In this document: piece after piece, positions 13,100 through 26,250 of the stretch
Layout: each line of letters opens with the position of its first letter
Position numbering within the stretch: position 1 is the stretch's first letter
Source: Raillietiella orientalis
Taxonomy: Eukaryota
Assembly: GCA_036172245.1 (NCBI GenBank)
Contig: JAYWIR010000032.1
Span: forward strand, 1,922,001-1,986,000
Direction: 5' to 3'
Length of the DNA: 64,000 bases
Made by a program: the position numbers and the translations under genes
Notes under the pieces: generated by a model
Told to the model about the DNA's origin: nothing
Seen by the model: only the letters and a program-made list of their open reading frames with translations
The model's database searches: none

Positions 13100-14930
13100 C
13101 TTTTGGATTGCACCGCGCCACGATTGGCTCGTTAGCGACCCACGTTCTTCAGCGTCTCTCGGGGCTTCTTCGCAAGTGTTGCACGGCAACCGTTGCCCAA
13201 TCGCTCGGCGATGTCTGCCTGCAACCCGGGATGAAGCGGTCGACGTCGACGCCAAGGGCAGTCCAACTTTCGACTGTCCTCCGTGCGAATGCCTCCTTGC
13301 GTGAACTTGTTAAAGGGATTCGAAGTAACTAAGCTGAGACCTTAGGATTTTTTTTTCCGGCCCTTTTCGGGTCCCAGCGTTCGAGCCCCTGCACTGAGGA
13401 ATGCAGACTGGCGGAAGATTTTTATCACCATCTTCTTCTGCCTGGCGCGTTTCTTGCGGATGAAAGTCGCCGGCGCGGTCTTGTTTTTGCGTGCATTTGC
13501 GAACGAGGTCTCTGCCGGCTTTCGAAAAACTTCGGAGATCCGGGCTTCGTGGCTTTCCCCAAACGATGGCCTTCGTTACATTGTGGCTGGCCACACTCAG
13601 CGAGATGCAGGCAGCCACCTTGTCTTTTTGTTTTTTGAAAAAAATCTACCAAGGGGGCAGTTGAGAACACTCTAGAATCCTTTCGCCGTCGCATCGCCGC
13701 AGGGTATCTTCGTCCTCTTCGTTCGTTTCCCAGAAAGCTGAAGACGTATCTTATTATCATCTCGAATGCTACTCGCTCGGATAAATTTCTTTCTCATCCC
13801 CCCCCCCCGTTGGCCCCGTCCTCCATGCTGCTGAAACGCAGACTTTCGCAACTGCCCAGGAACAGCTGCCTTTCGTGTTTGCTTGTGATTTTCCTTTATC
13901 TCGATTGGTGTTGAGGTACCAGGAACGCGATCTGCTCTTGCCGAGCTCTCGTCCTCCGCCTTCAAAGTGAAAGCCCTGCTGAAGAAACATGAGCCCATTC
14001 CTCGGAGCTGTTCCGAATAGTGGAAGAAGTTCCTCCAGGGGCTTGCACTCTGGAAGCAATGATCGAAGAAACGATGCCCATTATCGCGGTTACCAGTTGC
14101 TGTTTTTTTTTTTTTTTTTTTCCTTCGTCCACTTGGAAGACGCTGCATGTCATCACTGCACGCGTTAATTTGACTTTCATGAAATGATCTCAGCGTGCCA
14201 TCCCGTTGATTTTGGACCATTCATGATAGGTCATGTTTTAGCAAGTAAAGCAGAAAAAGTACATTCCTTCCTCTCTTCTTCGATAGTCCGCCTGCTGCTT
14301 TGAAACGAAGGTGGTGCGGCGATTTTCTTCCTGAAAAGACAAGGAGGGCGGTTCCCTGGATGCAGCTGCTGAAACACACTTGTGTAGGCTTTCCCAGCGA
14401 CCCCGGTGATCAAGGAAAACCTCGGCGCTGGTGACCACGTGGCTGCAGACCCCGCGCGCCCTGCGGTCCCGCACAACACGTTGGTTTCACGCCTCGTTCG
14501 AACCAGTGCGGTGTTGCCACGGATTTCGGTCATCCCCCTCCGGCTGCCTCCGTCACTGACTGTCTCGGTTTCCCCTGAAATCACTTCCGCTCCCCTGCGG
14601 GACGTGAGCGGGGTCCTTTTGATGGCGCGGGTGTGGGCGGCGGCTCGCCAGTGTTGGTACACGATGCGACCTCCTCGTTTCCGACGGAAGTGCGGCTGTA
14701 CGAACGCGGACTCGTACAACGCGGGCGGGGGGACGCATCGACGGTCACCGCGCGGCTCCGAGGGAAGAGGTCGGTCGGCTGTGCCGTGGGCGGCGACACC
14801 ACTTGGGCTGCTCGCCGAAGAACACGAACACGCCAGCCGAGCAGCCTCAACTCCATTACTTTCTTCGTGGACGAAACTGCTTGAGAGGATAAAAACTTTT
14901 CCAGAACCAGATTGGTAGAACCGGAACGAT
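13100..14930 (-). mobile_element. Penelope-like retroelement relic (RT)
   Basis: Colinear degenerate PLE motifs: KVFILSSSFVHEE (VxNLS), QQLHPGNRPP (PKIHK..RP), LRSFHESQI (VSFDV), FLQQGFHFEG, SIRDDN (RYxDD), TKAIVWGKP (TxVYxKP). Confidence 0.6.
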
Positions 14931-15209
14931 GGGATCGCCTGCATCCGTCACATATCAGCGAAATTCAATGACCCTTGCCTTCTTTCTTGTTTTTGCTCCA
15001 AGTGAAAATAAATAAATAAATAAGCGCTTGATTTGTTTTTGTTTTTTTGTTTTTTTTTGGGGGGGGAGGTCCCAAGTGAAATGGCAAATAATTCTACTGA
15101 GGTGCCGATCGAAATTCCGAAAGATGCTGAAAAATCAAAATGTAGGCCTATTTTACATAGGTTGCTATGCAAATCTGTTTTCATGTCCATGGGTCATTGA
15201 TATTCATTA

Positions 15210-16210
15210 GCATATTTATTCTTAACACCAGCATCGTTGCAACAGGTATATCTATTAAGATTCCGTGAGATACATTTTATTAAGGAATTAATAAGCTACT
15301 GATTATGTTGTTGATGTATATATTATGAAGATTGTAATGTACATATATGCTTTTCATATGTAAAGGTATATAAAGATTGAAAGATACATTATAAAAAATA
15401 AATACATATGCTTATTCTAGATAGATTGATTTGCAGATTTATTTTAATGTGCGTGCTTATTTATCTTTATCAACATACATATTAACAGTAATAGTATTAT
15501 ACAAAGAACAGATATATCTATTAGGATTCAGTGACATACATTTCAGCAGTATAATAATAAGTTGCTATGTTGTTGGTATATGAATATTAATGATTATGAA
15601 AAATAAATATATATGTTGATTATATACATTATTATATAAATTTATAGACAGATTAATAGATCAAGCAATATGCGTTATGAAGATGATAAGAAATAAATAT
15701 ATATGCTATAGGTTAGTATGCAAATGTCACAGCACACATAGCTATTAATATTTATTAGCATTCATATTATTAAGAGTAATATTATTGGAACAGACATATT
15801 TATTAATATTCAGTGACATACATTTTGTCCATATAATTGATGAGTTGTTGATTATATTTTGTATAATCTGTATATTGTTAATATATGTACATGCATTATG
15901 AAGATCATACAAAGTAGATGTATATGCTCATTATATACTTCGATATTTACAAATAACATAAATAAATATGTATATATGAATATAGATGTGTACATAATAC
16001 ATATGTGTAAAATGTAAAATATATAAATACATATATATAGGGAGAAAGATGTATGTATACACATATATTTCGCCAATATAATATATATATTGATAATATA
16101 GTAAGCAACTTATTAATTTTATTGATCAGATGCAGGTCACTGAATCTTCTTAATCAATGTATTCGGTCCAATAACATCACTGTTAATAACATGTGTGTTT
16201 ATAAAGACGC
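15210..16210. repeat. AT-rich degenerate tandem repeat (~275-bp unit x3) plus one inverted unit
   Basis: An ATATCTATTAxGATTCxGTGAxATACATTT core at about 15249, 15513 and 15796, with a reverse-complement unit at about 16090-16210. Confidence 0.7.
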
Positions 16211-16769
16211 ATAACCGTGTTCATTAAAATAAGTTGGTACAATAATCCACGTGAAATAAGCACGTGTGTTTCTTTTTCCATGATGGTTCCGGAATTTGGC
16301 GCCCGGGATTCTCAAAGGGTCCCATTCTACTTCTACTGCAGTTGGGAAGCATTCCCCCCTATCTTCTTCTACGCAATGGGTCGCTCTCACCCACTCACTG
16401 TATAGCAGCACGCAGGGCTCGTACAGCGCGGATTCGCGCGGCTGAGAAGCGCGGCCCCCGCGCTATACGGAGGTCCGTCTCCATGCTTTCTTTCTGATTA
16501 CTCCTAATGGAATGGCATTAGCGTGAGTTACGGGACAACAACTCGTATGGAGTACATTACTAAGAATGATGGTACTAATACTTTAGATTAGATCAATACG
16601 CTTCGCCTCCTGAACTACTTTTCTCGCCTTTTTTTTTTTTTTTTTTTTTCTCTCTCCATGATAAATCAAGGACGCTGCTCATGGGAAAATAATGTCATAG
16701 GAAGCTGCGGTGCCCGTCATGAAAAGGATGCTGCTCTTTTTTTTTTTTTTTTTTTTTTTTTTATCTTAG

Positions 16770-17450
16770 GCGCATGCGATTAAAATCTGATACTTCTTTT
16801 GTATACATGACAGCGGTAAAAGCAGCAACTTGATTAACGGCCGTGTCGATGGCAACTGAGCTCGTTGGGACTTGTTTTCATGCTCTAATATCAGGATGTT
16901 TGTGCGTCCCTCCTCTTCCCCCTGCCTCTGTCCAGTGTGTCTTGAGCGAGGCAGGCCGTTCCTGCTGTTAAACCCCTTAGCTGCTGTTGCTATCGTGATT
17001 GTAACTGCGTAGGTGGCAAAGAAGAGCGGGTCCACCGCCACCGCTGCTCGAACTGCACATTCGCTTCTCGGGCAGTCAGCATTTTCATCACATCTTCCTC
17101 GCACCCTGGTGCTTCTTCTTGCGCCCAGCAAGAATAAATTCCTTGAGATGGCCTCGCGACTCTGTGCTCTTTACCCTGAAGCAACTGCCGAGGCACAGAC
17201 GGATCTCCCGCTTTGCTTCTTGCATACCTTTAGTGAATTTTCTTCAGTGGTAAAAGCGGAAGGGGGTGGGAAGGACACTCCCCGTTGCAGGGACGGAGCT
17301 TCGATGGTAGTGCGAGTGATGAAGTCTCCATCACGTTTCCCTCTTCAGGGATGCGCCCAGCCGTATCTTGAAGAACCCGAAGGGAGATTTGTCCTTCTTG
17401 TGTTCCGACTCGTATATCTTGTAGGCGTCTCGCTCTCAGCACCGGGATCC
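16770..17450 (-). mobile_element. Penelope-like relic (linker and GIY-YIG endonuclease end)
   Basis: LQDTAGRIP (NGYP-like), LPLLP, and NILILEHENKSQRAQL..LIK..P..IQK, similar to the PLE endonuclease C-terminus. Poly-T tracts adjoin at 16628-16763. Confidence 0.4.
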
Positions 17451-19079
17451 TAGAATGGGGGGCAGTTTGGGGTCCTGAATGCCCCACTACATCTCCAAAG
17501 ACACCACTCTAGAGCTGGAGTGAAGAATGTACAGACGTTTGTACCAAACCTTCAGGAAATTGGATGCAACCTGTAATCTCAGATTCTGACCTCCGTATGG
17601 AGGACAAAGACCGATCAAGGAAATCCTTTTCCTTAATCCTTAAAGGATCAAGGAAAGAGATGCAGAGAAGCATGCAAAAAGGATTGGATTCGGCTGCCAC
17701 GGAAAGCAGCGCCCACAAAAATCATGCTTCAGAGTGTGATGCTCCCGTGATGGCGGAAGCAAGAGGCAGAAACAGCTTTGAGAGAGTAGGGACTGCTCTG
17801 CTCTAGGGACGGCCCTCGTTTCATGGAGCCATGAGCATGGACCGCTATGAGAATGAGCTTGTGCGAGCCGATGAGTCACTTCTTCTGCTACTGGTGTTGT
17901 CCAGCGAATCTGCTGGACAGTGGCATCTCTTGTAGGCTGAAGTAGAAATCACACATAAAATCATGCTGGTTCATGAGGCCTGTGGCTTAACATGAAGTCT
18001 TCCTTGAGCAAAAGCTCTCACCAGAGCGTGTAAAGATCTTAAGGGTAAGCCATAACACTCTCAGGAAACTTCGAGATTGCAGTTTCCTTACGAAAGAGAC
18101 GACACGAACTCGATGGAAGGGACATCCCGGATGATACGCTACGAAAGGAGCGCTAGGGAATATTTTGCCACTGAGTTTCTCAGATAAAACCGTCGAAGTC
18201 CACGGGCTGGGGGGCATTTGGACAACAAAAGGAGCACCCTCATCTCACACCGGAAATAAGTTTTGTCGTTAGGGAGTTCCGCTCTTCCCTGAACTCCACG
18301 CACCACGGATTCAGCGTAGAGAGAAATCTCCACTATTCTTCCAAGGGAGCCTGGAGGCAGCACAGTACCGAGGTCGCTGATCCTCGCCGCTCTCAGGAGA
18401 GGTCACTGTGAGCTCAGGTACCACTCCTTTGTCTAGCTACGAAGAAGTTCGAATCCACCCTGGGTATTAGGTTCATACGCAGCCTGAACGGCTGCTGCTG
18501 ATTTTTCTGCGAATTCCATCGCTGCGAGGGACTGCCACTCTGGTCTCATGAGTCCCCCTCTTGGGTAGCGACCCCTCACTTCTCGAGAGAGAGGACGGAA
18601 TTAGCGCGACCACGTTCCTCGCGCCTCCGAGGCAAGGGTTAGAAGGGCCGAACTATGGGAAAGGCAGGGGTGAGTCAGCAGATCCCCTGCAAACGCTGCG
18701 TCACTTCCTGTTCCTCCATCCTGAAAGAGGCGACTCCGGGCGAAGCGGTCGCAGGGCCCATCCTTCACCCTCAGTTCCTGGCGAAGAACCGGGAAGGCGA
18801 AGGGGGAGAGGAAACATGTCGTCGGAGACCTCTCCCGGCCTTAAGTCCCAAAGGGAAACAACCCGAGGGTGCAAGGACTCAGGTCAGAGGAAGCTTGTTC
18901 GTCTTCATGCCCTGTCTCCTAGGAGACCGACTTGGCTCCATTCCGCGGGTCCGTCGGCCCTTACCGAGTGAACTGTACACGTGCTGCGTATGCGAGCGTG
19001 CGCGCTGACCGCAGAGACCTCCGAACGGGGTTCGTGGCACGTCGCATCTGCATCGCTCGTGGTCGTGAGGCCGAGCAAC

Positions 19080-20250
19080 TGACTCTCGCTACGACGACCT
19101 TGCCCGTCCGTCACTTCGTTCAGCAGAAAGACCGGCCGATCTCGCCCAACCAAGCAAAGCCTCCCTCTTCCTCACGCCAACTCCTAATTCTGAGACTTGC
19201 GGGCCGGCCCCGACTAGCCCGCCCCCTGGATCGCCTATGCCCACTCCGCAACTGTTCCTCACATGCCGCAAACCCGTCGACACGCTCGCAAATGCGCAGC
19301 GTGCCCTCTGGAGACTGAACCGGGTTGTTTTCTTCTTGAGAAGAAGGGAGGCTTAGAGGTGCTGCGCGGGTCCAGGAAGGACGATCAATGCTTCGAATGC
19401 ATGGGGGAGAGAAGGGAGGACAGAGAAAGGGGATTGGCACGCGGAACGAAGATGGGGGATCGCACGCGGAAGATAGGCTTTCGAGAAGGGGAGCGGACGG
19501 GAACGAAGGCGAACGGTCAGCGCCGACCCCTAAAGATCCCTGGTGCTTGGTGCTCAAGGTATTCGGGAAAAAGTCTCCTTCTGAACACCTTCGGATGGCA
19601 GAAACGTGTGGAAAGCAGAGTTGGAATGGTGAAAAGAAGGGTAAAATGAGGAAGGGATGAAGAGGAAAAGGTGTGGTTGGGAAGAAATGGACTGTCCGCA
19701 GACGGTCTGGGCACTTCGGTGCAAGTTCTGGTCGGAATCGACTCGAGCAAGCCGATCCGACGAGCTTCGGTCGAAAGAGTCCGCTGCTCGAAAGTAGCCG
19801 GAGGCCTTCCGACGTCGACGATGCCTTCGATGTTGCTTCTTGGACATCCCCCACAAGGCGGACAACTCCTCTGGGAAGCGCTTGCGTTCGAGAGAGGCAG
19901 ACACTCGAGAACGCGGCCTAGGGTCGATCTTCTCTCTTGTCCTCTGATCTTCGTTATGCCCAGGGGCACCTGCGAACACCTCTCACCAGCGCGCCCATAT
20001 TTTGGCTGCTTCAGCTCCTGGAACGCCGGAACTCGGTAAGGACGGCTGAGATGCACCCCGGACTTCATCTCCCAACGGCAAGGGCGGGACTTATTTCCGA
20101 GTGAGTGAGCGCCTCTGGGGAGAGCGTCAGCGACCTCTTGGATTCCACTCTTTTCCCGGACCAGGGCATCGCGGTCGTCCGAGGGCAAAAGTCGGCGGCA
20201 GGTCGAGCGACCTCGGGAATGTCGCGACTCGAGTCGAGTCATCCCTGTGT
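19080..20250 (-). mobile_element. L1/Tx1-clade LINE relic (pre-RT and RT)
   Basis: LLPSDDRDAL..IQEVADAL..NKSRP (EIxxAL..KSPG-like), ITKIRG..LPLSNA, WARSAGLSAERS (FxxxSGLxxN-like). Confidence 0.5.
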
Positions 20251-21094
20251 CCCCCTCCTCTCCCCTTTTCCGTTTCTCTACAACTCCTCGTTTCGCATAC
20301 TCAGAAGTGTACCGCCCCTAGCAAACGAGCGAGGGCGAATTGCGACGGAAGCGACCGAGTATTCCTTAGAGGTAAATGAGTGACCGAACGGGCAAGACGT
20401 GTCGTGATGGCGGCATCTCTCCAGGCATGAGCGGTGTACCCGCCACTGTCCGAGTCTCCCTTCCATCCATTCCTCGACCGTTCCGTCCACAAACGAATGG
20501 ACGATGCTTTGACTTTGATTGCAACTCAGCGCAGCTTCCACGTGCTCCATAATCCTCTCTTCCTCACCCCTCGCCTCCTCTTGCTCTGCAGCGAAGTTTC
20601 TTCTCTATCCGATTCTCCTCTCTGCCCACACCCTCTTCAACTCATCTCCATTTTTTTCCACCTCTCGTCCCCATCCATTGCACCGATCATGACCCCAAAC
20701 CCATTCCACTACTGACTCCTGACTCTCATCAATAACGCATTACGAGCATCCGCAATCATCCCTTTAGCGTGACGAGGAAAATGCTCCTTTATCTATTCCC
20801 TCCCTCCGCACCACTCACGATCTCCGGCGAGGTTCACCGGCTGAGAAGCCTCGTCGCCCCTTTTGGTTTCAGCCCCACCCTGAGCTGCTAGAGGATCGTC
20901 GTTGATTCCGATGAAGCCGAGCTAGAGCACCGCGCCCGCAGCGGCGGGATTCGGAAATATGCGAGGCGCGTCGAGAGGCAGCCAGAGCCCGATGAAGCAG
21001 ACGATGTTCCGTAGGAGCGACAGGAATTGCGGCCTCGGAGAATTGGATCCCCCCCGACCACCATGGTAGCCAGCGGGGAGTCTTCTCGGCCCGC

Positions 21095-21850
21095 CATCGG
21101 AGGCCGTGTGGTTACGGTGGTCTCCATGCATGGCACCATGCGTCGTGGGTTTGAATACTCCGGAAGGAATGGGCTCAGTGCGTCGTGGGTTCCGAGTTCA
21201 CCCCACAACATGACGCTGGTTGGCCTACATTCATCCGGATGCGGCACTGGTAGCGGTTCAAACCGGATGCCCCCGATGGGGGCCGGGACAAATGGGAGTC
21301 GACCTCCGGGTCGTTACAGGAATCGCGGAGTGGGAACTCCCCTCCGGTTGTGAAGGAGCAGACCCCCCATTCCGGGGGGGCCCTCCGCGTCGGACTGATG
21401 GAGTAGGTGTGTCGCCACCACCTCTTGAGGGATTGCAGAGAAGCGAGCCGATCCCTTCGAAGAAGCTGCGTCCTTCTGAATTTCCGAAGCGTCCCTTCTG
21501 GGTTTTCTTCAGAGAAGTAAAAACAGGAACGAATCCCTTGCTGGGATCCCTCCAGAGAAGAAATTCCAGTATCGGATCCTTTCCGGGTTCCCTTCAGAGA
21601 AGAAAGAATGGAGAGGACCTCCCTGGAGGTCCTCCGGAGAGAATGAGGAAGAAGGATTCCCTTCTGGATTCCCCTTCGGAGACAACCAGGGTGGAGGTGA
21701 TCTCCATTTCCGGGGATCCCTCCCCAGGAGTTAGAGTTTTTCCTGGATTCACAGGGCGGACGCCTCCTGGGGTTACCCTCTATTACCCACCTTCGAGTGG
21801 CGTGGAACCGTATCGAAGAACTGCGAAGACAGAAAAGAAGGATTTCCATC
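21095..21850 (+). mobile_element. Family A copy with an expanded internal ~41-bp repeat
   Basis: Head GGGTTTGAATAC..TGACGCTGGTTGGCCT..GCGGCACTG, followed by 5-6 tandem GGGTTCCCTTCAGAGAAGA-type units at about 21490-21730. Confidence 0.6.
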
Positions 21851-24749
21851 GTCAGGAGTCTCCCCGTGCCCAGGAAGCAACGCCCGGAGGCCCAGTCTGA
21901 ACCTCGGCCTTCAAGAGGAGCGAAGGACAGGCCGTGCTCCACGCCCTCAGAAGTGGACCTGTCCTTCGAGAGCACCTCACGCACTGAAACGGGCGGGATG
22001 TGGGTGGAATGTGGGATGTGGTGAATCGTGCCTGGTCATGGCGAATCCAGATGGGAACCTGCAGCCACCCTCTCATGCAAGCGGATCATGGGTGCTGGGT
22101 GCAGAACCACCGACCACTAAGAGCTTTCTCTGAAGTTTCCCTCAGGATAGCTGACGCTCGTCGAGGCCGCGGGAGGAGAGCGGAATCTCATCCGGTAAAG
22201 CGAACAATTAGAGACAATGGGACCGAAATGATCTTGACCTGTGCCCTGTCATTGAACGGGTGGGAAGTCAAGCTGAAGCCACGACTTTTTGGACCCACGA
22301 ACTCCAGCAGTAGGCAAGCTTGGGTAAGCAAACATGGCGCCGTGGGATGATCCAAACATGGAGTCGAACCCTCGTTATGAGATCCCACGAAAGGCGTTGG
22401 TTGCCATGGACAGCAGGATAGCGGCAACCACGGAAGATCCGCGAAGTTGCGTGGCCGATCGAAGAGAGAGACCCCGGAGATCTTCGGCTCTGGAGCACGA
22501 AGCATGCATCCGACTGCCAGGGCAGAGACTCCAGGACGGCAGACTTCCAGATCAGCGGAAGGAGAATAGTTGTGGTGCGCGAGCTCGTCTGGAGACGCCG
22601 TCGGCGCAGATGCCGGTGATGCTGAATGGCAGCAATCCAGCAAGATCCCGAAGGTCGTTGGGGGGGGGGGAGTCTCTAGAAACAGCTTTCGGTTGTGATT
22701 CAGCCTAGGATCCAAAGTTCTCGAAGAGATGTTTGAGGTGGCAGGAAGCAGTCATGTGTGTGCCGAAGGGCACAGACGTACTGGATCCACAAACGCGCTC
22801 TTAGTGCCCCTAGAGCGTCCCGACCAATCCAAACTAAACAGACAGATATTCAGATGAGAATAAGAATGCAGAAGAGTGGCTTTACCATGAAAGAGCTATA
22901 CGCATCGGACCCAATCCACCACAGATGAAAGACTACAAGCGGATTCCCTCCGCCAGTCGTAGTGCCCCTTCCATCACTGCCTCCCTCAACCTATAAAACG
23001 TCATGGCGCTCTTTTCCAATCCCAATTCGTGCCCCACCAGTATAAATCTTTAATCCCGAAGGGGTAATTTCCAGAGTCCTCTCGTAGTAAATGAACCGAG
23101 CCAAAGAACGCACTGCACCCACATAACTCACGCACCTCCAATGAAAACATCCCATTCATCCACTCTCTCAGATAATGCACAAATAGCGTACAACTCGTAC
23201 ACTTCTTCATCAATCTCCTGAGATCTTACGGGGAAAAGTTGGAGGTGAAAAGCGTATCTTCCAAGGGAGACAGAAAGGAAAACTCACTACCATTTCCCTC
23301 TACCGCCTCTTATTTGCCAGAGCAGCACGAATTATGGACCCACATCTGGTTCCTTCTCCAAGAGCATGGAAATTTCAGACGGGCACGTGAAAAACACGGG
23401 AAATTAGTAGAGGCACTTGAAGGAGCACGGGAATTCCAAAGAGGCACATGAAAGTGCACAAGATTGCTGATTGGTCTAGAAAATTCGATTCCTCGTCACC
23501 TGCTGTAGGTGATTTCAACTGCGGCGTAGGTGAATGGAGTTTTGATTTCCATTGTGCCGATTTCATCTCGGAAAGCAGGCACTTGAAATTGGCACATTAT
23601 GGAGGAGCAACTTTCTGAAAAAAGGGAGCTGCAGATTTTCTTTGAAGCATTCCCTTTCCCGCACGCGCCCAGTGCGAGCGTCCTTTTGAAGATAGTTCGG
23701 CGAGACGCACAGAAGCTGGACTAGTAGCCCGTTGCACGCACTTCTGAGGTGTCCTCCGAGAAAATTCACGGATCGGAGACGGGCTTTACATCTTATCCCG
23801 TTCTTCTTTCGTGATGATCACAGAACTATGGATTGATGAATCTCCACTCTACTACGGCGGCACCCACACAGTGGACCGTGCATCCAAACGTTCTTCCTGT
23901 GTGCCCCAAAGCGGAGTACACAGGAAGAATGTTTGGTTGCGCCAGAGCACTTGAACTGCTTTTCGGTCCAAGCGCTCCGAGTCGTGAGCCCGAAGACACG
24001 TGCTCATACACGCACGAGCGATGTATAAGCAGTACGAGAAATGCCTCGTATTTTGCACTCGTTTCCCACCTCTCCCGACCTTTCCCCTTGCGAAATGGGA
24101 CCGACCCATTTCCGGTCTTCCGCTCTGATTCTCAATTACCCCGTTATCTTGTCATTCGTTTCCTGAAAGCTCCAGTCTGTCGACCCTCTGTAATCACGGA
24201 ACCCCCACGACAAAAAGTTTGTCTTAATGTCTTCGACAGCACTCCAGACTTCCGATTGTTTTACGCTCTTCCAGACGAAAATCACATGTGCCACGTTCTC
24301 ACCGGGGCGTTCGGGGGGAATGGAGCAGTGGTGGCGCTTTCGTGTCTCGGCTTTTGGCTCCCGCTCCCGCCCGCGAGAAGTGCGAGGCGCCTGTGCTGCC
24401 TCCCTACCTCGCTGGACCGCCTCCTCCGACTCGCCGGGCTGCTCACCTCCCACCCGTCTCCACGAGCAGGACCTAGCGTTCCTCAGCAACTCAGGGGGGG
24501 GATCGAGCGGAAGGATTCTTCCTTGAGCGCATCCGTGGCGGTAATCCCTCAAATCCACTCCATCCACAGCGCAGGTCTTCGGTGCAGGTTCCGAGTTTCC
24601 ATCCCATCTCAGGCTCATGGACTACTGGGTGCAACTGACACTTCTGTGTTGAGCCCATCTCTCCCCACAAACCTGAGAGGGTTCGCCCTGCCTTTGAGAG
24701 AGCGATCCCGTTTTCTCTGTTAGATGCCCACTCTTGTCCACTTGATGAA

Positions 24750-25810
24750 CGGGACGATTTCGAAAGAGTGAGCCCCTATATATACCATCCGGCGAGCTGG
24801 GTGCAGAGTCCCTTGAGGAAAGCCCTGTCCCACGACCAGCTGAGGGCGCGTGTGAACTCTTCAAGTTCCAGGGGGTGACCCCGCAGGGACCACCTTGTGA
24901 ATCTAGGAAAGCTCCGGATCCGGCATCCGTTCCTATTATTCTTCGTAGGGAATCCCGAAGGGACGCTTCCCGATTTCCGTGAAGGGCACTCCCCGAAGGG
25001 AGTACCCCGCTTCCTGCACGCGGGAGAGGTAACCCCCTGATGGGTATCAACCGACTCCGAGGTGCACAATGGAGGGTCTTTCTCCAGAGGGGAATTTAAA
25101 TAATTTAAATATTTAACAAATTTAAATTATCATCAACATCAAATTTATCTTTACTTTAATTAGTAACTTTACCCCTTTGCCTAGATACACCTTCCGGTAC
25201 ATCCACTATGTTACGACTTATCTAACCTGATATCAGAGCGACGGGCGATTTGTATTCAGTGATTATTATATTCAATTTACCTCTCTCAAATAAACTTACA
25301 ATTAAATCCTATTTCAATATAAAATTACATATACATATCCAAATTTAAGATATTGTAGTTCAAAAATTATTCTTTTTCATGCTGCATCTTGATTAAAACT
25401 TTTAATTACTCTTTATTAAGAAAATTAATTACTTTTAACTAATCAAATCAACGAGATACAAACACTAAAAAAGTAAGTTCCTCGGGGGGGGGGGGAGGCT
25501 TTATCTTCACAAACGGAGGGGAGTCCCGGAGGGAACTGACTCTTTGATTCCTGGAAGGACCCCGGAGTGTCGAATCCCAGTCTCGACCAGTCAACGGGGG
25601 CACCCAGGGGTTTCCGGCTTCCAGCAGCGGCATATACCTGAAGTCTCTAAGACCAACCAGCGTTATCTTGCGGGTGGGAACTTCAACACCGCATTCACCG
25701 ACTTCACCGACCAGCACCGCGACACCACCCGCATTTCTCGGGGTCGATCCTTCCCCGGGAGATATGCGAACCTTTGGCACTGCTCGCCGAGCCACACGAC
25801 CTCCAGCCCT
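24750..25810 (-). mobile_element. Family A copy split by the 12S NUMT
   Basis: 24790-25090 and 25490-25810 align consecutively to the uninterrupted copy at 35300-35660. Confidence 0.6.
25093..25479 (-). rRNA. rrnS: NUMT: nuclear copy of the 3' part of mitochondrial small-subunit (12S, rrnS) rRNA plus a short AT-rich downstream stretch; non-functional fragment
   Basis: The minus strand reads TCAAGATGCAG...GAACTACAAT...GGATTTAATTGTAA...TACAAATCGCCCGTCGCTCT-gatatcaggtta-GATAAGTCGTAACATAGTGGATGTACCGGAAGGTGTATCTAG. These are the conserved 3' SSU motifs with the very short helix 44 typical of invertebrate mitochondrial 12S. The block is very AT-rich inside GC-rich surroundings. Confidence 0.9.
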
Positions 25811-25829
25811 CTACCCGGGATCTGATCGA

Positions 25830-26250
25830 TCGATATCTCTCCAGGGCGTGAAGTGCGCTACTCCCTTCGGGAGCGACCTTTTAGAGGAAAGTCCTGTGGG
25901 GAATTGCTTTAAGGTCGCGTGTGAAAGACGTGGTGGCGCCGCGTTTACATGGCGCCACCTTGACACGGATGAGATCGGTAGGCAAATTCATTTCCGACGG
26001 CCGTGGATCACGCCGTGATGCCTTCCGGCACGCGAAGGACCTCCAGCAGCGCTGGGGACTCAGCCTATCGTTGAGGCAATTGGCCCTCGCTTTTTGGACG
26101 GCCACTCTTGGATATCCCTCCGCCTCGCGAACGGCGGGAAGGTCCGGCGGCAGGAGGCGGTGGGAGAACCGGGCTGCCACTCTGAAAATGCGCCTAGAGG
26201 AATTAGGTATCGTCGTCGACCACTGCCACGGCCTCCGGCAATGGCAATAG
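25830..26250 (+). mobile_element. L1/Tx1-clade LINE relic, AP-endonuclease C-terminal part
   Basis: GAAFTWRHLDTDEIGRQIHF (FTW..SRID) followed by GRRRWENRAATL (WKLNxxLL-like). Confidence 0.55.

Noticed and set aside
16306..16320. LTR primer-binding site (TGGCGCCCG)
   Set aside because: Only about 9 nt match, with no recognisable LTR pair or gag downstream.
23833..24723. 296-aa ORF
   Set aside because: No recognisable domain. GC-rich decayed repeat context with overlapping ORFs in several frames.
25140..25180. Mitochondrial tRNA-Val after the 12S fragment
   Set aside because: A TAC is present but I could not build convincing acceptor and anticodon stems.
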